From NCBI GenBank assembly GCA_031266655.1, contig JAISAP010000047.1, positions 1 through 51,505 on the forward strand: a stretch of 51,505 nucleotides of DNA, read 5' to 3'. Both the position numbers and the translations under genes were made by a program. This DNA comes from Holosporales bacterium. Lineage in GTDB: Bacteria > Pseudomonadota > Alphaproteobacteria > UBA3830 > JAIRMZ01. The notes beneath the pieces are model-generated. The model had not been told where the DNA came from, ran no database searches, and was given only the letters and a program-made list of their open reading frames with translations. Positions 17,247 through 25,748 of the stretch are shown one piece after another; the first letter of the stretch is position 1, and each line of letters starts with the position of its first letter.

Positions 17247-19468
17247 GCCTGCTGGCCCCTGTCCTTCTCCAAGAGGAACGTCAAACACACTTCTGCACCC
17301 TTTCTCCGATTCTTTAATACCATGGATCCTTTATGGTCTTGCACGATCTTCTTGGCGATCGCAAGACCGAGGCCTGTGCCTCCCTGGGAAAAAGTCACGT
17401 AGGAATCGGTGAGATCCTCTAGGCGCGCTTCCGGAAAGCCGGGACCATTATCCAAGAAGGTTATTTTAACATTTTTCTTCCCTTTTGAAAGACAGATTTC
17501 GATCGCTGGGGGTCTCCCCAGAGGAGTGGGGCCTTCTAGCAAAGCGTGCGCTGAGTTCTTGAGGAGATTGAGAAATGCCTGTTGGAGGAGCCTTTCGTCC
17601 CCCTCGATCGTCGCGGCACTCTCTTCCTTCTTGCAGGTGAGCGTGACCTGAATGGTGGGGTAAGTCGTGCGCGCGAGAAACACCGCTTGCTCACAGAGCT
17701 TCTGCAGGTCGCAGGTACGCAAGCTGGGCTCGGGGAGGCGCGCAAAGAGGCTGAACTCATCCAGAAGCTTGCGGATGGTATCCACTTGCTGCGTAATGGT
17801 CTCCGTGAGCCTTTCGAAGGTATCAAGCTCCGTTGCGATTTGCGCGCTGTATTTCCGATGGAGGCGCTCCGCCGCAAGCTGAATAGGTGTGAGTGGGTTC
17901 TTGATTTCATGAGCAAGACGGCGCGCCACATCTCCCCAAGCCGCCTTCTTCTGCGCGGCAATGAGATCCGTTAAGTCGTCAAACGTCACCACCCATCCAT
18001 CGAATTGGTTCTCGCGGGACGTTGGCGTGAAGCGCAGCAAAAGCGTCCGCCACTCTCCGGATAATTTGAGAGGGATTTCTGCCTCGTGTAGGTTTTTGAG
18101 AGGATCGCGGGCTGCTTCTTCCATGGTTGCCGCGAACTCTGGGAAAAATCCGCCAAAGTCTCGACCTATGCAGGGCGATTTTTCCACCTTCAAAAGGGAG
18201 ATGGCAGTTTTGTTCAGAAAAAGAATGATGCCCTGCGCATCCACGCGAATGGTGCCACAGGAAATGCTGGAAAGGACGTTTTCGACAAACTGGTGGCGTT
18301 CCTCAAGAAGGGCATTGGTATGCGCGAGCGCGCGCTGCTGCTCCTGCAATTCCTCCGCCATCTCGTTAAAAGTGCGCTGCAAGAGGTGGAGCTCGTCGCG
18401 CTGATGCCCCTCTTTCAGGGGAATGCGGATCGCCAGGTTCCTGGCCTTCATACTCCGCGTTGCTGAAATCAATTGACTGATGGGGCGTACGATGTCTGAA
18501 GAGACAGCGAGAGCAACAATCATCGAGGAAAAAACAAAGAGCAGCGCCACGAGCAGAAAGGTGAAGGCAAATGTGACCTCTAGCTTCCATCGCTCGGAGA
18601 AAGTCCGCATGTAGTCGCTGACCATTTTCCGCACCCTTGTGAGGTGTGTCATGACTTGCGCATCGACATCTCTCCCCACGAGGAGAAAAGCGCGTTCTCC
18701 TCCGAAATCAAGGCCCACTAGGGCGCGAATATGTCCGGAAGATGCGTTGAGCAGCACCGCGCTTTGGTGCAACGCCTCTTCCAGGGCTTGACGCCGAACA
18801 TTTTCAAACTCCAGCGCATAACTGAGGGGAGTGCGTGCCATGACCTCGAGGGAAGAGTCGAGGAGGATGGCCTCAGAGAAGGATTTCAAGGAAGAGATCT
18901 TCGTCAAAATGGCGCAAAGCGCCTCTTCTCTGTCCAGGACCTCCGGGATATGCGTCTCGACGAGCTGCGCCATGGTAGAGGCGTCTGCAAGGATTTTTTT
19001 CTTGTGTTCCTCAAAATACGTTTCTGCGACCCGGAGGGACTCTTGCAAAGATTGCTGATGCCGCTCATTGAACCAGGACTCGAGGGCTCCGTGGAGGAAA
19101 GTGGCGGCAAAAAGCGCCACAGAGAGGGAGGGGACGACCGTCAAGAGGGAAAAAATGGAGACAAAACGCCCTTGCAAGCGCGCGCCCGGGAGCTTTTTGC
19201 GATGCGCAACCCATAGGGCAAGAAAGCGTCGTCCAACGAGGTAAAATAAAATAAGGCCGAGGAGAATGTCTCCGTAGATGACGGCAAGCGCATAGCCGTT
19301 ATAGGCGAGGGTTTTTTGCGCGATTTCTATGTAAGTGACGGCGCTGAGGACGGTTACCAACGCAAGGAGAAGGGAGATCCAATGGTTGCGGATAGGGTGT
19401 AACAAGGTAGATGCGACTTTGTACCCGATGGGACGGTGCAGCAAGCTTCTCTCCTGTTGAGTTCTCAT
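17243..19468 (-). CDS. ntrY: NtrY-type sensor histidine kinase (TM-HAMP-PAS-HisKA-HATPase)
   Basis: N-terminal TM segments, a HAMP-like linker, a PAS region, the H-box AHEIKNPLTPIQL, and G-boxes DNGPGF / GGTGLGLAI. The ATG at 19468 (MRTQQERS...) is preferred over the track start at 19681. Confidence 0.88.
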   Translation of the reverse strand: MRTQQERSLLHRPIGYKVASTLLHPIRNHWISLLLALVTVLSAVTYIEIAQKTLAYNGYALAVIYGDILLGLILFYLVGRRFLALWVAHRKKLPGARLQGRFVSIFSLLTVVPSLSVALFAATFLHGALESWFNERHQQSLQESLRVAETYFEEHKKKILADASTMAQLVETHIPEVLDREEALCAILTKISSLKSFSEAILLDSSLEVMARTPLSYALEFENVRRQALEEALHQSAVLLNASSGHIRALVGLDFGGERAFLLVGRDVDAQVMTHLTRVRKMVSDYMRTFSERWKLEVTFAFTFLLVALLFVFSSMIVALAVSSDIVRPISQLISATRSMKARNLAIRIPLKEGHQRDELHLLQRTFNEMAEELQEQQRALAHTNALLEERHQFVENVLSSISCGTIRVDAQGIILFLNKTAISLLKVEKSPCIGRDFGGFFPEFAATMEEAARDPLKNLHEAEIPLKLSGEWRTLLLRFTPTSRENQFDGWVVTFDDLTDLIAAQKKAAWGDVARRLAHEIKNPLTPIQLAAERLHRKYSAQIATELDTFERLTETITQQVDTIRKLLDEFSLFARLPEPSLRTCDLQKLCEQAVFLARTTYPTIQVTLTCKKEESAATIEGDERLLQQAFLNLLKNSAHALLEGPTPLGRPPAIEICLSKGKKNVKITFLDNGPGFPEARLEDLTDSYVTFSQGGTGLGLAIAKKIVQDHKGSMVLKNRRKGAEVCLTFLLEKDRGQQA

Positions 19469-19517
19469 TGTGTAGCATTTTTGATGGTGGAAGACGACTG
19501 AGGCGAAGTAAGGCTTT

Positions 19518-19830
19518 TTACGGCAGCAGCGGGCTGGGTCCCGTAGGAGGAGGGAAGCGGGAGAAAGCTTGCTCTGACTCTTCTGTGAGAGGCCCTTCGA
19601 AGGTAACGGTGTGTTCATAGTCGGGTGTGGGATCAAAGTTGAGGAGCACCGCGGCCATTCTGCGGAGATACGCCAGCACATTGGCTTTGGTGATGCGATG
19701 CTTTCCCGCCTTAATTGACCGAAGAATATAGCGATTCACCCCTATGCCGTAATGAATGTGGTCATAATAGTTGGCTGTATTTCCTGTAATCTCCGCCACA
19801 TCGTCGAAGGTGTAAAGGTGGATGTTGGGG
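19518..19830 (-). pseudogene. Orphan C-terminal gene fragment of unknown function, truncated by the adjacent IS remnant
   Basis: ORF 19518..19904 (...HLYTFDDVAEITGNTANYYDHIHYGIGVNRYILRSIKAGKHRIT...). Its 5' end runs into the transposase remnant with no credible start or RBS. No family recognised. Confidence 0.3.
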
Positions 19831-19836
19831 GAGGGT

Positions 19837-20520
19837 CTATGTTTGGCTCTCGCCCAGCATCTTCTCCTTAATCGACAAACTGAGGAGATTCTCACCCCTG
19901 CCATCGTACCGGAACCTACCCTCTTTCACGCGCAAGAGAAAAACATCGCCTCTTAAACCATTAAACCCAACACAACGCCGCTTCGCGAAGCTCCAAAAGG
20001 CCTCCATGCTGTTAATGGGGTTCTTGCCCCTAGCAAACTCATTGTGGCAAGGGAAAGGTTCGGCAGTGGTCGTCAATAAGCAGTCCATTATGGGCCTTTC
20101 AGGTACGCGTAGGGACGTCTGACCCTGCAAGAATTCTCCCCTGAGTATATAGGGAATAGCTCCTCTCTTGAGGAGAGTCAGGCTTTCTGGAAGCGAAGTG
20201 AACGAAGGGGTACGCAATGGAAGAAGTAGCCCAGAAAGCGTCTAACAGAGGTGGCAAATAGACCGTACCGAAGGGCATGAAGGGTGTCCCCCCGCATACC
20301 TCCTCCCGTCTTTCTTCCATGCTCCGTAGAGCCCGCAGCAAACAAACGCCGCAGTCTTTCCTACTGCTCCACAGCCTCTTTTACCCCGACCTTTCTTCGC
20401 TCCAAAAGACCTCTTATCCAGTACGAAGACGCCACAATCTCGAGAATTCTCCGTGTCCTCGCAGGAACAGGTTCGTTCCCTCCCGAAAGATGGGCAGTAT
20501 TCCGGTGGGGTTTTGAGTAA
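19837..20520 (-). pseudogene. Decayed IS1595/ISXO2-like DDE transposase, frameshifted and 5'-truncated
   Basis: Minus-strand translation gives three conserved blocks: ...VLDKRSFGAKKGRGKRGCGAVGKTAAF..., then ...GTVYLPPLLDA..., then ...FARGKNPINSMEAFWSFAKRRCVGFNGLRGDVFLLRVKEGRFRYDGRG... These are the blocks I associate with ISXO2-like IS1595-family transposases. They lie in at least three different frames, and the N-terminal zinc-ribbon part is absent. Confidence 0.65.
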
Positions 20521-20607
20521 TATATTTGCCTAATTAGGCGTAGTTATTTTACATAACAGGAAGTATTCTGTAGGCCCTTAACTTATTGTAGTACAATGTA
20601 ATTTGTG

Positions 20608-20733
20608 CCGACTAAAATCATCTAACCAACTCCATATATGGATATAAAAATATCTATAATTGGCATATTATTAATACTTTTTTAATAAAGTACCATTAAA
20701 GTCAAAAAATATACGCCAACCGCAGGAGTTTGG
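20608..20733 (+). promoter_or_regulatory. AT-rich conserved upstream element (copy 1), duplicated with the paralog pair
   Basis: CCGACTAAAATCATCTAACCAACTCCATATATGGATATAAAAATATCTATAATTGGCATATTATTAATAC... aligns with 22071-22177 (CCGACTAAAATAATCTAGTCAGTCTACAATTTGGATATAAAATACTTACTAAATGACATATTTTAAGAC...). Confidence 0.5.
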
Positions 20734-21660
20734 ATGCCCCTATACACCAAGAAAGCACTGCTTATAGCGGTAGTACTCTTCTCATTCCTCCCCAAGGGAG
20801 AGGGCATGAATCCGACAAAAGTCATCACAACAGGAGAGGAGCGGCTGCTGTGTGCGATGACCAGCGATCCTGCCAGGTTGCAACACATATTGTTGCATTT
20901 TGTCAGCAATAAGGCCGATATTCAGGGTATTATTTCCCTCATTGACATTAGAGAGAAACTCCTCCATGGCATTTTGTGCCTAGAAGGCGAGGATCCAACA
21001 GGATTTGTACAAAACATGGTAAAATACTTCCTGGCAGAAGCTAAGCGAAAACGCTCCTCTTGCTTTTTCGGCAGAGGAACCGTTTTGATGCCGGACGCAT
21101 CGAATCCAGATATACGGATCCTCACTACGGGATTGGAGCTAAGAGGAGCCCTTGTAGGCGTGAATGAACGGTATCGCTTCTACATGTTCTCTCATAACAG
21201 GAAAATCGCAAAAGTTAAGGGCGGAAAGCTTTATAAATTTAACCCCGCTGGCAGGGCACGTCTCGTAGAGGGCTTCTCGGGAGGGAGAGATATGGAATTA
21301 AGAATACACCTTCGACACTATACAGATTCCCATGGAGCACTAGTAAGAACGGAAGGCACTCTTTTCTCTGCGTTGAGTGAAGAGCTCTTGGGTGAAGTAC
21401 TGCACTACGAAAAGGAAGTAACGCCGTTCTCCCATCTTGTAAACTTTTTGGAAACAACCTACACGGGCGATGCCTATAGGTGGGTGCAAGACCGTCAAGA
21501 AAATTTGTACGATCTCGTCTGCAAATTTCGCGCAGAATTGCCTCAAGGGGCGGATCTCCAGCAGGCTCTTTTCTGCGTCACTGGGAAAGCTTTGGGAGGA
21601 ACCATAGGAAGGGAAGAGCAACAAGAACTATGTGGACACCTTTTTTCTCTGCTTCATTAA
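20734..21660 (+). CDS. Exported protein of unknown function, paralog A of a tandem pair
   Basis: AGGAG lies 5-6 nt upstream of the ATG. Hydrophobic leader KKALLIAVVLFSFLPKGEG|M. Aligns end to end with 22178..23116 through shared blocks HILLHF, HGILCL.GE.P..FVQ, EAKRK, F.SG.RDMEL and EGTLFSAL.E. No known domain recognised. Confidence 0.8.
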   Translation: MPLYTKKALLIAVVLFSFLPKGEGMNPTKVITTGEERLLCAMTSDPARLQHILLHFVSNKADIQGIISLIDIREKLLHGILCLEGEDPTGFVQNMVKYFLAEAKRKRSSCFFGRGTVLMPDASNPDIRILTTGLELRGALVGVNERYRFYMFSHNRKIAKVKGGKLYKFNPAGRARLVEGFSGGRDMELRIHLRHYTDSHGALVRTEGTLFSALSEELLGEVLHYEKEVTPFSHLVNFLETTYTGDAYRWVQDRQENLYDLVCKFRAELPQGADLQQALFCVTGKALGGTIGREEQQELCGHLFSLLH

Positions 21661-21669
21661 GCGAGAAGC

Positions 21670-21698
21670 GAAGGGGGCGGAAGAGCAGCGCCCCCTTC
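21670..21698 (+). terminator. Candidate intrinsic terminator hairpin after paralog A
   Basis: GAAGGGGGCG (21670-21679) pairs perfectly with CGCCCCCTTC (21689-21698), 10 nt after the stop codon. The 3' tail is only weakly T-rich. Confidence 0.5.
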
Positions 21699-21822
21699 CC
21701 CTGTTCTTGGATGTTAACGGAAACTTCTTTGTTTCCAACCCAGATAGAATGAAGTCTCTTGAGAAAAACGGTACAAAAAACAATTCGCAAGAACAGTAGT
21801 GCTGACGTTTCGCGTGTTCTCT

Positions 21823-21833
21823 CCCCCCCCCCC
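21823..21833. repeat. C11 homopolymer tract in the spacer between the paralogs
   Basis: ctCTCCCCCCCCCCCACCg: eleven consecutive C at 21823-21833. Confidence 0.9.
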
Positions 21834-22070
21834 ACCGTTAAAGAAAAACTCCATGGAGGAAAACACCATTAACTATACTTATGAGCGCTTTTGAAAGTTA
21901 ATATTGCTGTAGGGTGCTGAAAAGAATTCTCGAGAGTTTAGTTTGACGAGAGTCACTACGTTGCTGAACCCTCGTAGAGAAGCGTTTAACCAAGCTTTAA
22001 TGACTTGAAAAGTAACTGGGCAGAATGTGAGTTCCGATATAACAACAGAACCTCATCAGTGCGCCATATA

Positions 22071-22177
22071 CCGACTAAAATAATCTAGTCAGTCTACAAT
22101 TTGGATATAAAATACTTACTAAATGACATATTTTAAGACTTTCTTAACACAATACGATTAATATCGAACGACAGTCA
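22071..22177 (+). promoter_or_regulatory. AT-rich conserved upstream element (copy 2)
   Basis: See 20608..20733. The order of conserved blocks is the same, and the distance to the coding region is similar. Confidence 0.5.
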
Positions 22178-23116
22178 GTGGCAGTAAATGAACGAGTGCA
22201 AAAAAAGTTACTGCTTGTTGCGGTCACATTCTTGTCATTCCTTCCTAAAGGAGGAGGAATGTCTCAGCCCGGAACAATAACGGGCGAAGATATAAAGCCT
22301 CTTCAGGCGGCAATTAACGATACGCGCAGACTGGAGCACATACTACTTCATTTTGCTCAGGATGAAGCTGCAATTGAGGGAATCATGGGTCAAGCTCGCA
22401 TGGGTGACAAGAAGTTTCATGGCATTCTGTGTCTAAATGGCGAAAATCCAGTAAAATTTGTACAAGAAACGTTGTTCCACTTCCTTGAGGAAGCCAAGCG
22501 AAAACCCAATTCCGATTTTCTTACAAAAGGTGAAGCGTTGCTTCCATTGGGGCCAGAGGATCCGAACGCAAAGATTCGTGTCACGAAACTTTCCCTAGAA
22601 GGAACCCTCCCAGGTGTAGATACAGACAAATATAGTTTTCACCTGTTCCATTTTGGAGAGAAAGTTGCAGAAGTCAGGAAGGGAGTACTTTACAGGATTG
22701 ATCCCGACGGCGGAAAATATCCCATTGAGGATTTCTCTGGAAGTAGAGACATGGAACTCTCAATGTTTCTCCGGTGTTACGTTTCGGATCGGGATATAGT
22801 AAAGGCGGAAGGTACTCTCTTCTCTGCGCTAGAAGAAAAGGTTTTTTCCACGGTCCTCTTTGAACCGATCCAAAAGCTGGAAGCCTTTTTGGTGGACTCT
22901 GCGCCCCAAATTGCCGCGCTAGGTGCACATGAGTGGTCTCAAGACAATTCAGACCTGTACAATCTTCTTTTTGAGGCTAAGGAGTGTGCCGTGTCTAAAA
23001 GGCTGGACTATAGGAACGTTCTCTCCACTGTTATCAGAAGAAGCCTGAACGGAACTGCCGTAGGATCGGCTGAACGAACAATGCTATTCGGATATTCTAT
23101 GGACCTGGTTTACTAA
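22178..23116 (+). CDS. Exported protein of unknown function, paralog B of the tandem pair
   Basis: Leader KKLLLVAVTFLSFLPKGGG|M. Alignable throughout with 20734..21660. The start is ambiguous: GTG at 22178 or GTG at 22196. The internal ATG at 22259 is preceded by AAAGGAGGAGGA. Confidence 0.8.
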   Translation: MAVNERVQKKLLLVAVTFLSFLPKGGGMSQPGTITGEDIKPLQAAINDTRRLEHILLHFAQDEAAIEGIMGQARMGDKKFHGILCLNGENPVKFVQETLFHFLEEAKRKPNSDFLTKGEALLPLGPEDPNAKIRVTKLSLEGTLPGVDTDKYSFHLFHFGEKVAEVRKGVLYRIDPDGGKYPIEDFSGSRDMELSMFLRCYVSDRDIVKAEGTLFSALEEKVFSTVLFEPIQKLEAFLVDSAPQIAALGAHEWSQDNSDLYNLLFEAKECAVSKRLDYRNVLSTVIRRSLNGTAVGSAERTMLFGYSMDLVY

Positions 23117-23229
23117 TCAATCGCAAAGAGGAGTGGGAGAGAATAGCTCTTTCCCACATGCGCTTGTGCTCTGACGGAAACTTTCCTTACACTAACCCGA
23201 AGGGCGTTGAGCCCGTTAAGGAGCAGAGT

Positions 23230-23817
23230 ATGGGAAGGAACCTTGCAAAGGCAGTCGCTAGTTTGACAGTTGTATTGGCGTTTTGTGGCGTTACGGTAAA
23301 GGGGAGTTCTATGGAAGGGGTATCCATATACCCCGATATAGAAGAAACTGAATTCGGAAAGCGACCCATTTTTCGACTTGTCAAAACCGACAGGAAAGTT
23401 ATGAAAAGTGACTATCTGAAAGGGGTAGGGGGATCTGTAGTTTTACCTCAAACGCCAGAAGAGCTGGAAAAGCGCTACCAGCAGTATGCAAAGGTGGGGG
23501 ATGTTTATAAGCTGATAGACTGTGACTGTTTTCAGAAGGAGGGTTTTCTAACGTACGAGATCGTCTTCTCCTGCTTTGAAAAAGCAAGCCCGGCGGACCT
23601 TTTCCCAATGCTCAGGAGCTACGCCACTCTCCTGCGGAAACACTCAAGCGGGACTTTTGTCTCTTTCTTCTCGGGAGGGCTTGATCATAGTTTGAGTGGA
23701 GCACGTACCATGTTGGAACGGTCGCGCGATGCGTGTGACATGACGGACAAGGACCTGTTCCTGGACGTTCTTGCTGAAGAATTTGATAACATTTCCGGAC
23801 TTTTCAAATCTCAATAG
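23230..23817 (+). CDS. Small exported protein of unknown function
   Basis: AAGGAG lies 7 nt upstream of the ATG at 23230. Leader MGRNLAKAVASLTVVLAFCGVTVKGSS|M. Track ORF begins at 23158. No recognisable domain. Confidence 0.7.
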   Translation: MGRNLAKAVASLTVVLAFCGVTVKGSSMEGVSIYPDIEETEFGKRPIFRLVKTDRKVMKSDYLKGVGGSVVLPQTPEELEKRYQQYAKVGDVYKLIDCDCFQKEGFLTYEIVFSCFEKASPADLFPMLRSYATLLRKHSSGTFVSFFSGGLDHSLSGARTMLERSRDACDMTDKDLFLDVLAEEFDNISGLFKSQ

Positions 23818-24088
23818 ACGTTTATGTTCCTACTCTCAATAAAACAGCCGTTCTAAAGGAGAACTTCTTGCTAGTAGTCGTGCCGAGGATGACTCCATTC
23901 GGCAAAACAGGAATGTAAGGTTCAGGGTGCGAAGAAACGTAGATGAAGAGGGACTGTATTCTTGTAGAAGGAGTTTTGGTCGTGCTTTATTCGGGGACAT
24001 ACGCGTGAGACGAAAGAAGACCCTAATTTGGGTTGGCATGGTTTTGTTGGGATAGAGGCTACAGCGAGTAGTAAGGATGCTCCTCAAA

Positions 24089-25732
24089 ATGAAGCAACGG
24101 AAGATTTTAGAGGCGATTGTTGTTGGCTCCTCAGGGGCTCTGAGTGCCTTTTCCGAGGTTGATGCAATGTGGTGGGATCTTGATTCCCTCCGGAGCGTGG
24201 CTGTTGTTCAAGGAGAATTAGTTACACCCTCTTCTCAGCCTGAAGAAGGTGTTGTGTTATGGCTAGGCACAGAGGCCGCTCATGCTTGGGGGCCTGATTG
24301 GCGCTTTAGCTTGTGTTACGTTGTTGTTCCCTGGAACATGGAGGTGCTGGGTGTGAGGTGCTTCGAAGGGTGTCACTTTCTCACCGCTGTTGTCTTCGAA
24401 TGGGGTTCTGCACCCCGAGTCATAGCAGAAAGAGCCTTCGCTGATTCCGGCCTTCAATCTTTCACTATTTTTGCGAGTGTGGGGGTTCTTGGAAACGAAT
24501 GTTTCGCAGATTGCCAATCTCTTGCCTGCGCCGTCTTTGAGGTTGGTTTTCCGCTCCGGACTATCGGGAAGGGGGTTTTCGCACGTTCTGGTCTGCAAGC
24601 ATTCACTATTCCCGCGGGCGTGGAGGTGCTGGCTGCAGGGTGCTTCGACAGTTGCCAATCTCTCACTTCCATCGTTTTTGAACAGGGTTCTAAACTTCTA
24701 GCCGTAGAAGAAAGGGCGTTTGCCGATACCGGTCTGCGATCCTTCACTATTTTTGCGAGCATAGAGGTGCTTGGGAAAGAATGTTTCGCAGGCTGCCAAT
24801 CTCTTGCCTGCGCCGTCTTTGAGGTTGGTTCTCCGATCCAGACTATCGGGGAGGGAGTTTTTGCCGGCTCTGGTCTGCAAGCATTCACTATTCCCGCGGG
24901 CGTGGAGGTGCTGGCTGCAGGGTGCTTCGACGGTTGCCAATCTCTCACTTCCATCGTTTTTGAACAGGGTTCTAAACTTCGAGTCATAGAAGAAAGAGCG
25001 TTTGCCGATACCGGTCTGCTGTTCTTCCATGTTTTTGCGAGTGTGAGGGTTCTTGGAAACGCATGTTTCGCAGACTGCCAATCTCTTGCCTACGTTACCT
25101 TTGAGGTCGGTTCTCCGCTCCAAACTATCGGAGAGGGAGTTTTTGCCCGCTCTGGTCTGCAAGCATTCACTATTCCCGCGGGCGTAGAGAAGATTGGAGA
25201 AGGCTGTTTTGCCTATTGCCAATCGCTTTCCAGTGTTGCCTTTGAGGGTGGTTCGCATCTCCAAACTATCGGGGAGGGAGTTTTTGCCGGCTCTGGTCTG
25301 CAAGCATTCACTATTCCCGCGGGCGTGAAGGTGCTGAGTGCAAACTGCTTTGCAGGTTGTCAACTTCTCACCGCCCTTGCCTTCGAACCGGGTTCTCAAC
25401 TCCGAGCCATAGGAAAAGCGGCCTTTATCGACTGCGCCAACTTGCCGTCCATTTGCATTCCCGCGGGCGTGGAGAAGATTGGAGAAGGCTGTTTTGCCTA
25501 TTGCCAATCGCTTTCCAGTGTTGCCTTTGAGGCTGGTTCGCATCTCCAAACTATCGGGGAATGTACCTTCCTTGCTTCCAGTATATGCTCCATAGGGATC
25601 CCCGCGAGCGTAGAGGAGATTGGGGAATGTTGTTTTCTGGATTGCCAATCGCTTGGCTCTGTCACCTGCAACAGTTCGCGATTTATCGTAGTGCGTCGAG
25701 GCTGTGGGTGGGAAGTTTATAAGCGCGAATGA
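24089..25732 (+). CDS. BspA-type leucine-rich-repeat protein (LRR_5-like), LRR1
   Basis: About 20 units of the ~23-24 aa repeat ..IPAGVEVLAAGCFDSCQSLTSIVFEQGSKLLAVEERAFADTGL.., with a 26-aa leader from the ATG at 24089 (the alternative ATG at 24077 is the track start). Nucleotide repeats are in 141/282-nt register. Confidence 0.88.
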   Translation: MKQRKILEAIVVGSSGALSAFSEVDAMWWDLDSLRSVAVVQGELVTPSSQPEEGVVLWLGTEAAHAWGPDWRFSLCYVVVPWNMEVLGVRCFEGCHFLTAVVFEWGSAPRVIAERAFADSGLQSFTIFASVGVLGNECFADCQSLACAVFEVGFPLRTIGKGVFARSGLQAFTIPAGVEVLAAGCFDSCQSLTSIVFEQGSKLLAVEERAFADTGLRSFTIFASIEVLGKECFAGCQSLACAVFEVGSPIQTIGEGVFAGSGLQAFTIPAGVEVLAAGCFDGCQSLTSIVFEQGSKLRVIEERAFADTGLLFFHVFASVRVLGNACFADCQSLAYVTFEVGSPLQTIGEGVFARSGLQAFTIPAGVEKIGEGCFAYCQSLSSVAFEGGSHLQTIGEGVFAGSGLQAFTIPAGVKVLSANCFAGCQLLTALAFEPGSQLRAIGKAAFIDCANLPSICIPAGVEKIGEGCFAYCQSLSSVAFEAGSHLQTIGECTFLASSICSIGIPASVEEIGECCFLDCQSLGSVTCNSSRFIVVRRGCGWEVYKRE

Positions 25733-25748
25733 CCAGGAAAGACTTCCG

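Noticed and set aside
24263-25648. Long antisense ORFs inside LRR1 (24263..24658, 24454..24987 and 24698..25648 on the minus strand). The same occurs in the other LRR genes (28885..29736, 31766..32314, 32160..32762, 48260..48757, 49061..49438 and 50907..51287).
   Set aside because: They mirror the repeat periodicity of the sense gene and give low-complexity repeats (..LKGNTGKRLAIGKTAF..). They have no start or RBS context. They are explained by the repetitive codon content of the sense strand lacking reverse-complement stops. The sense frames carry the recognisable LRR consensus and leaders.
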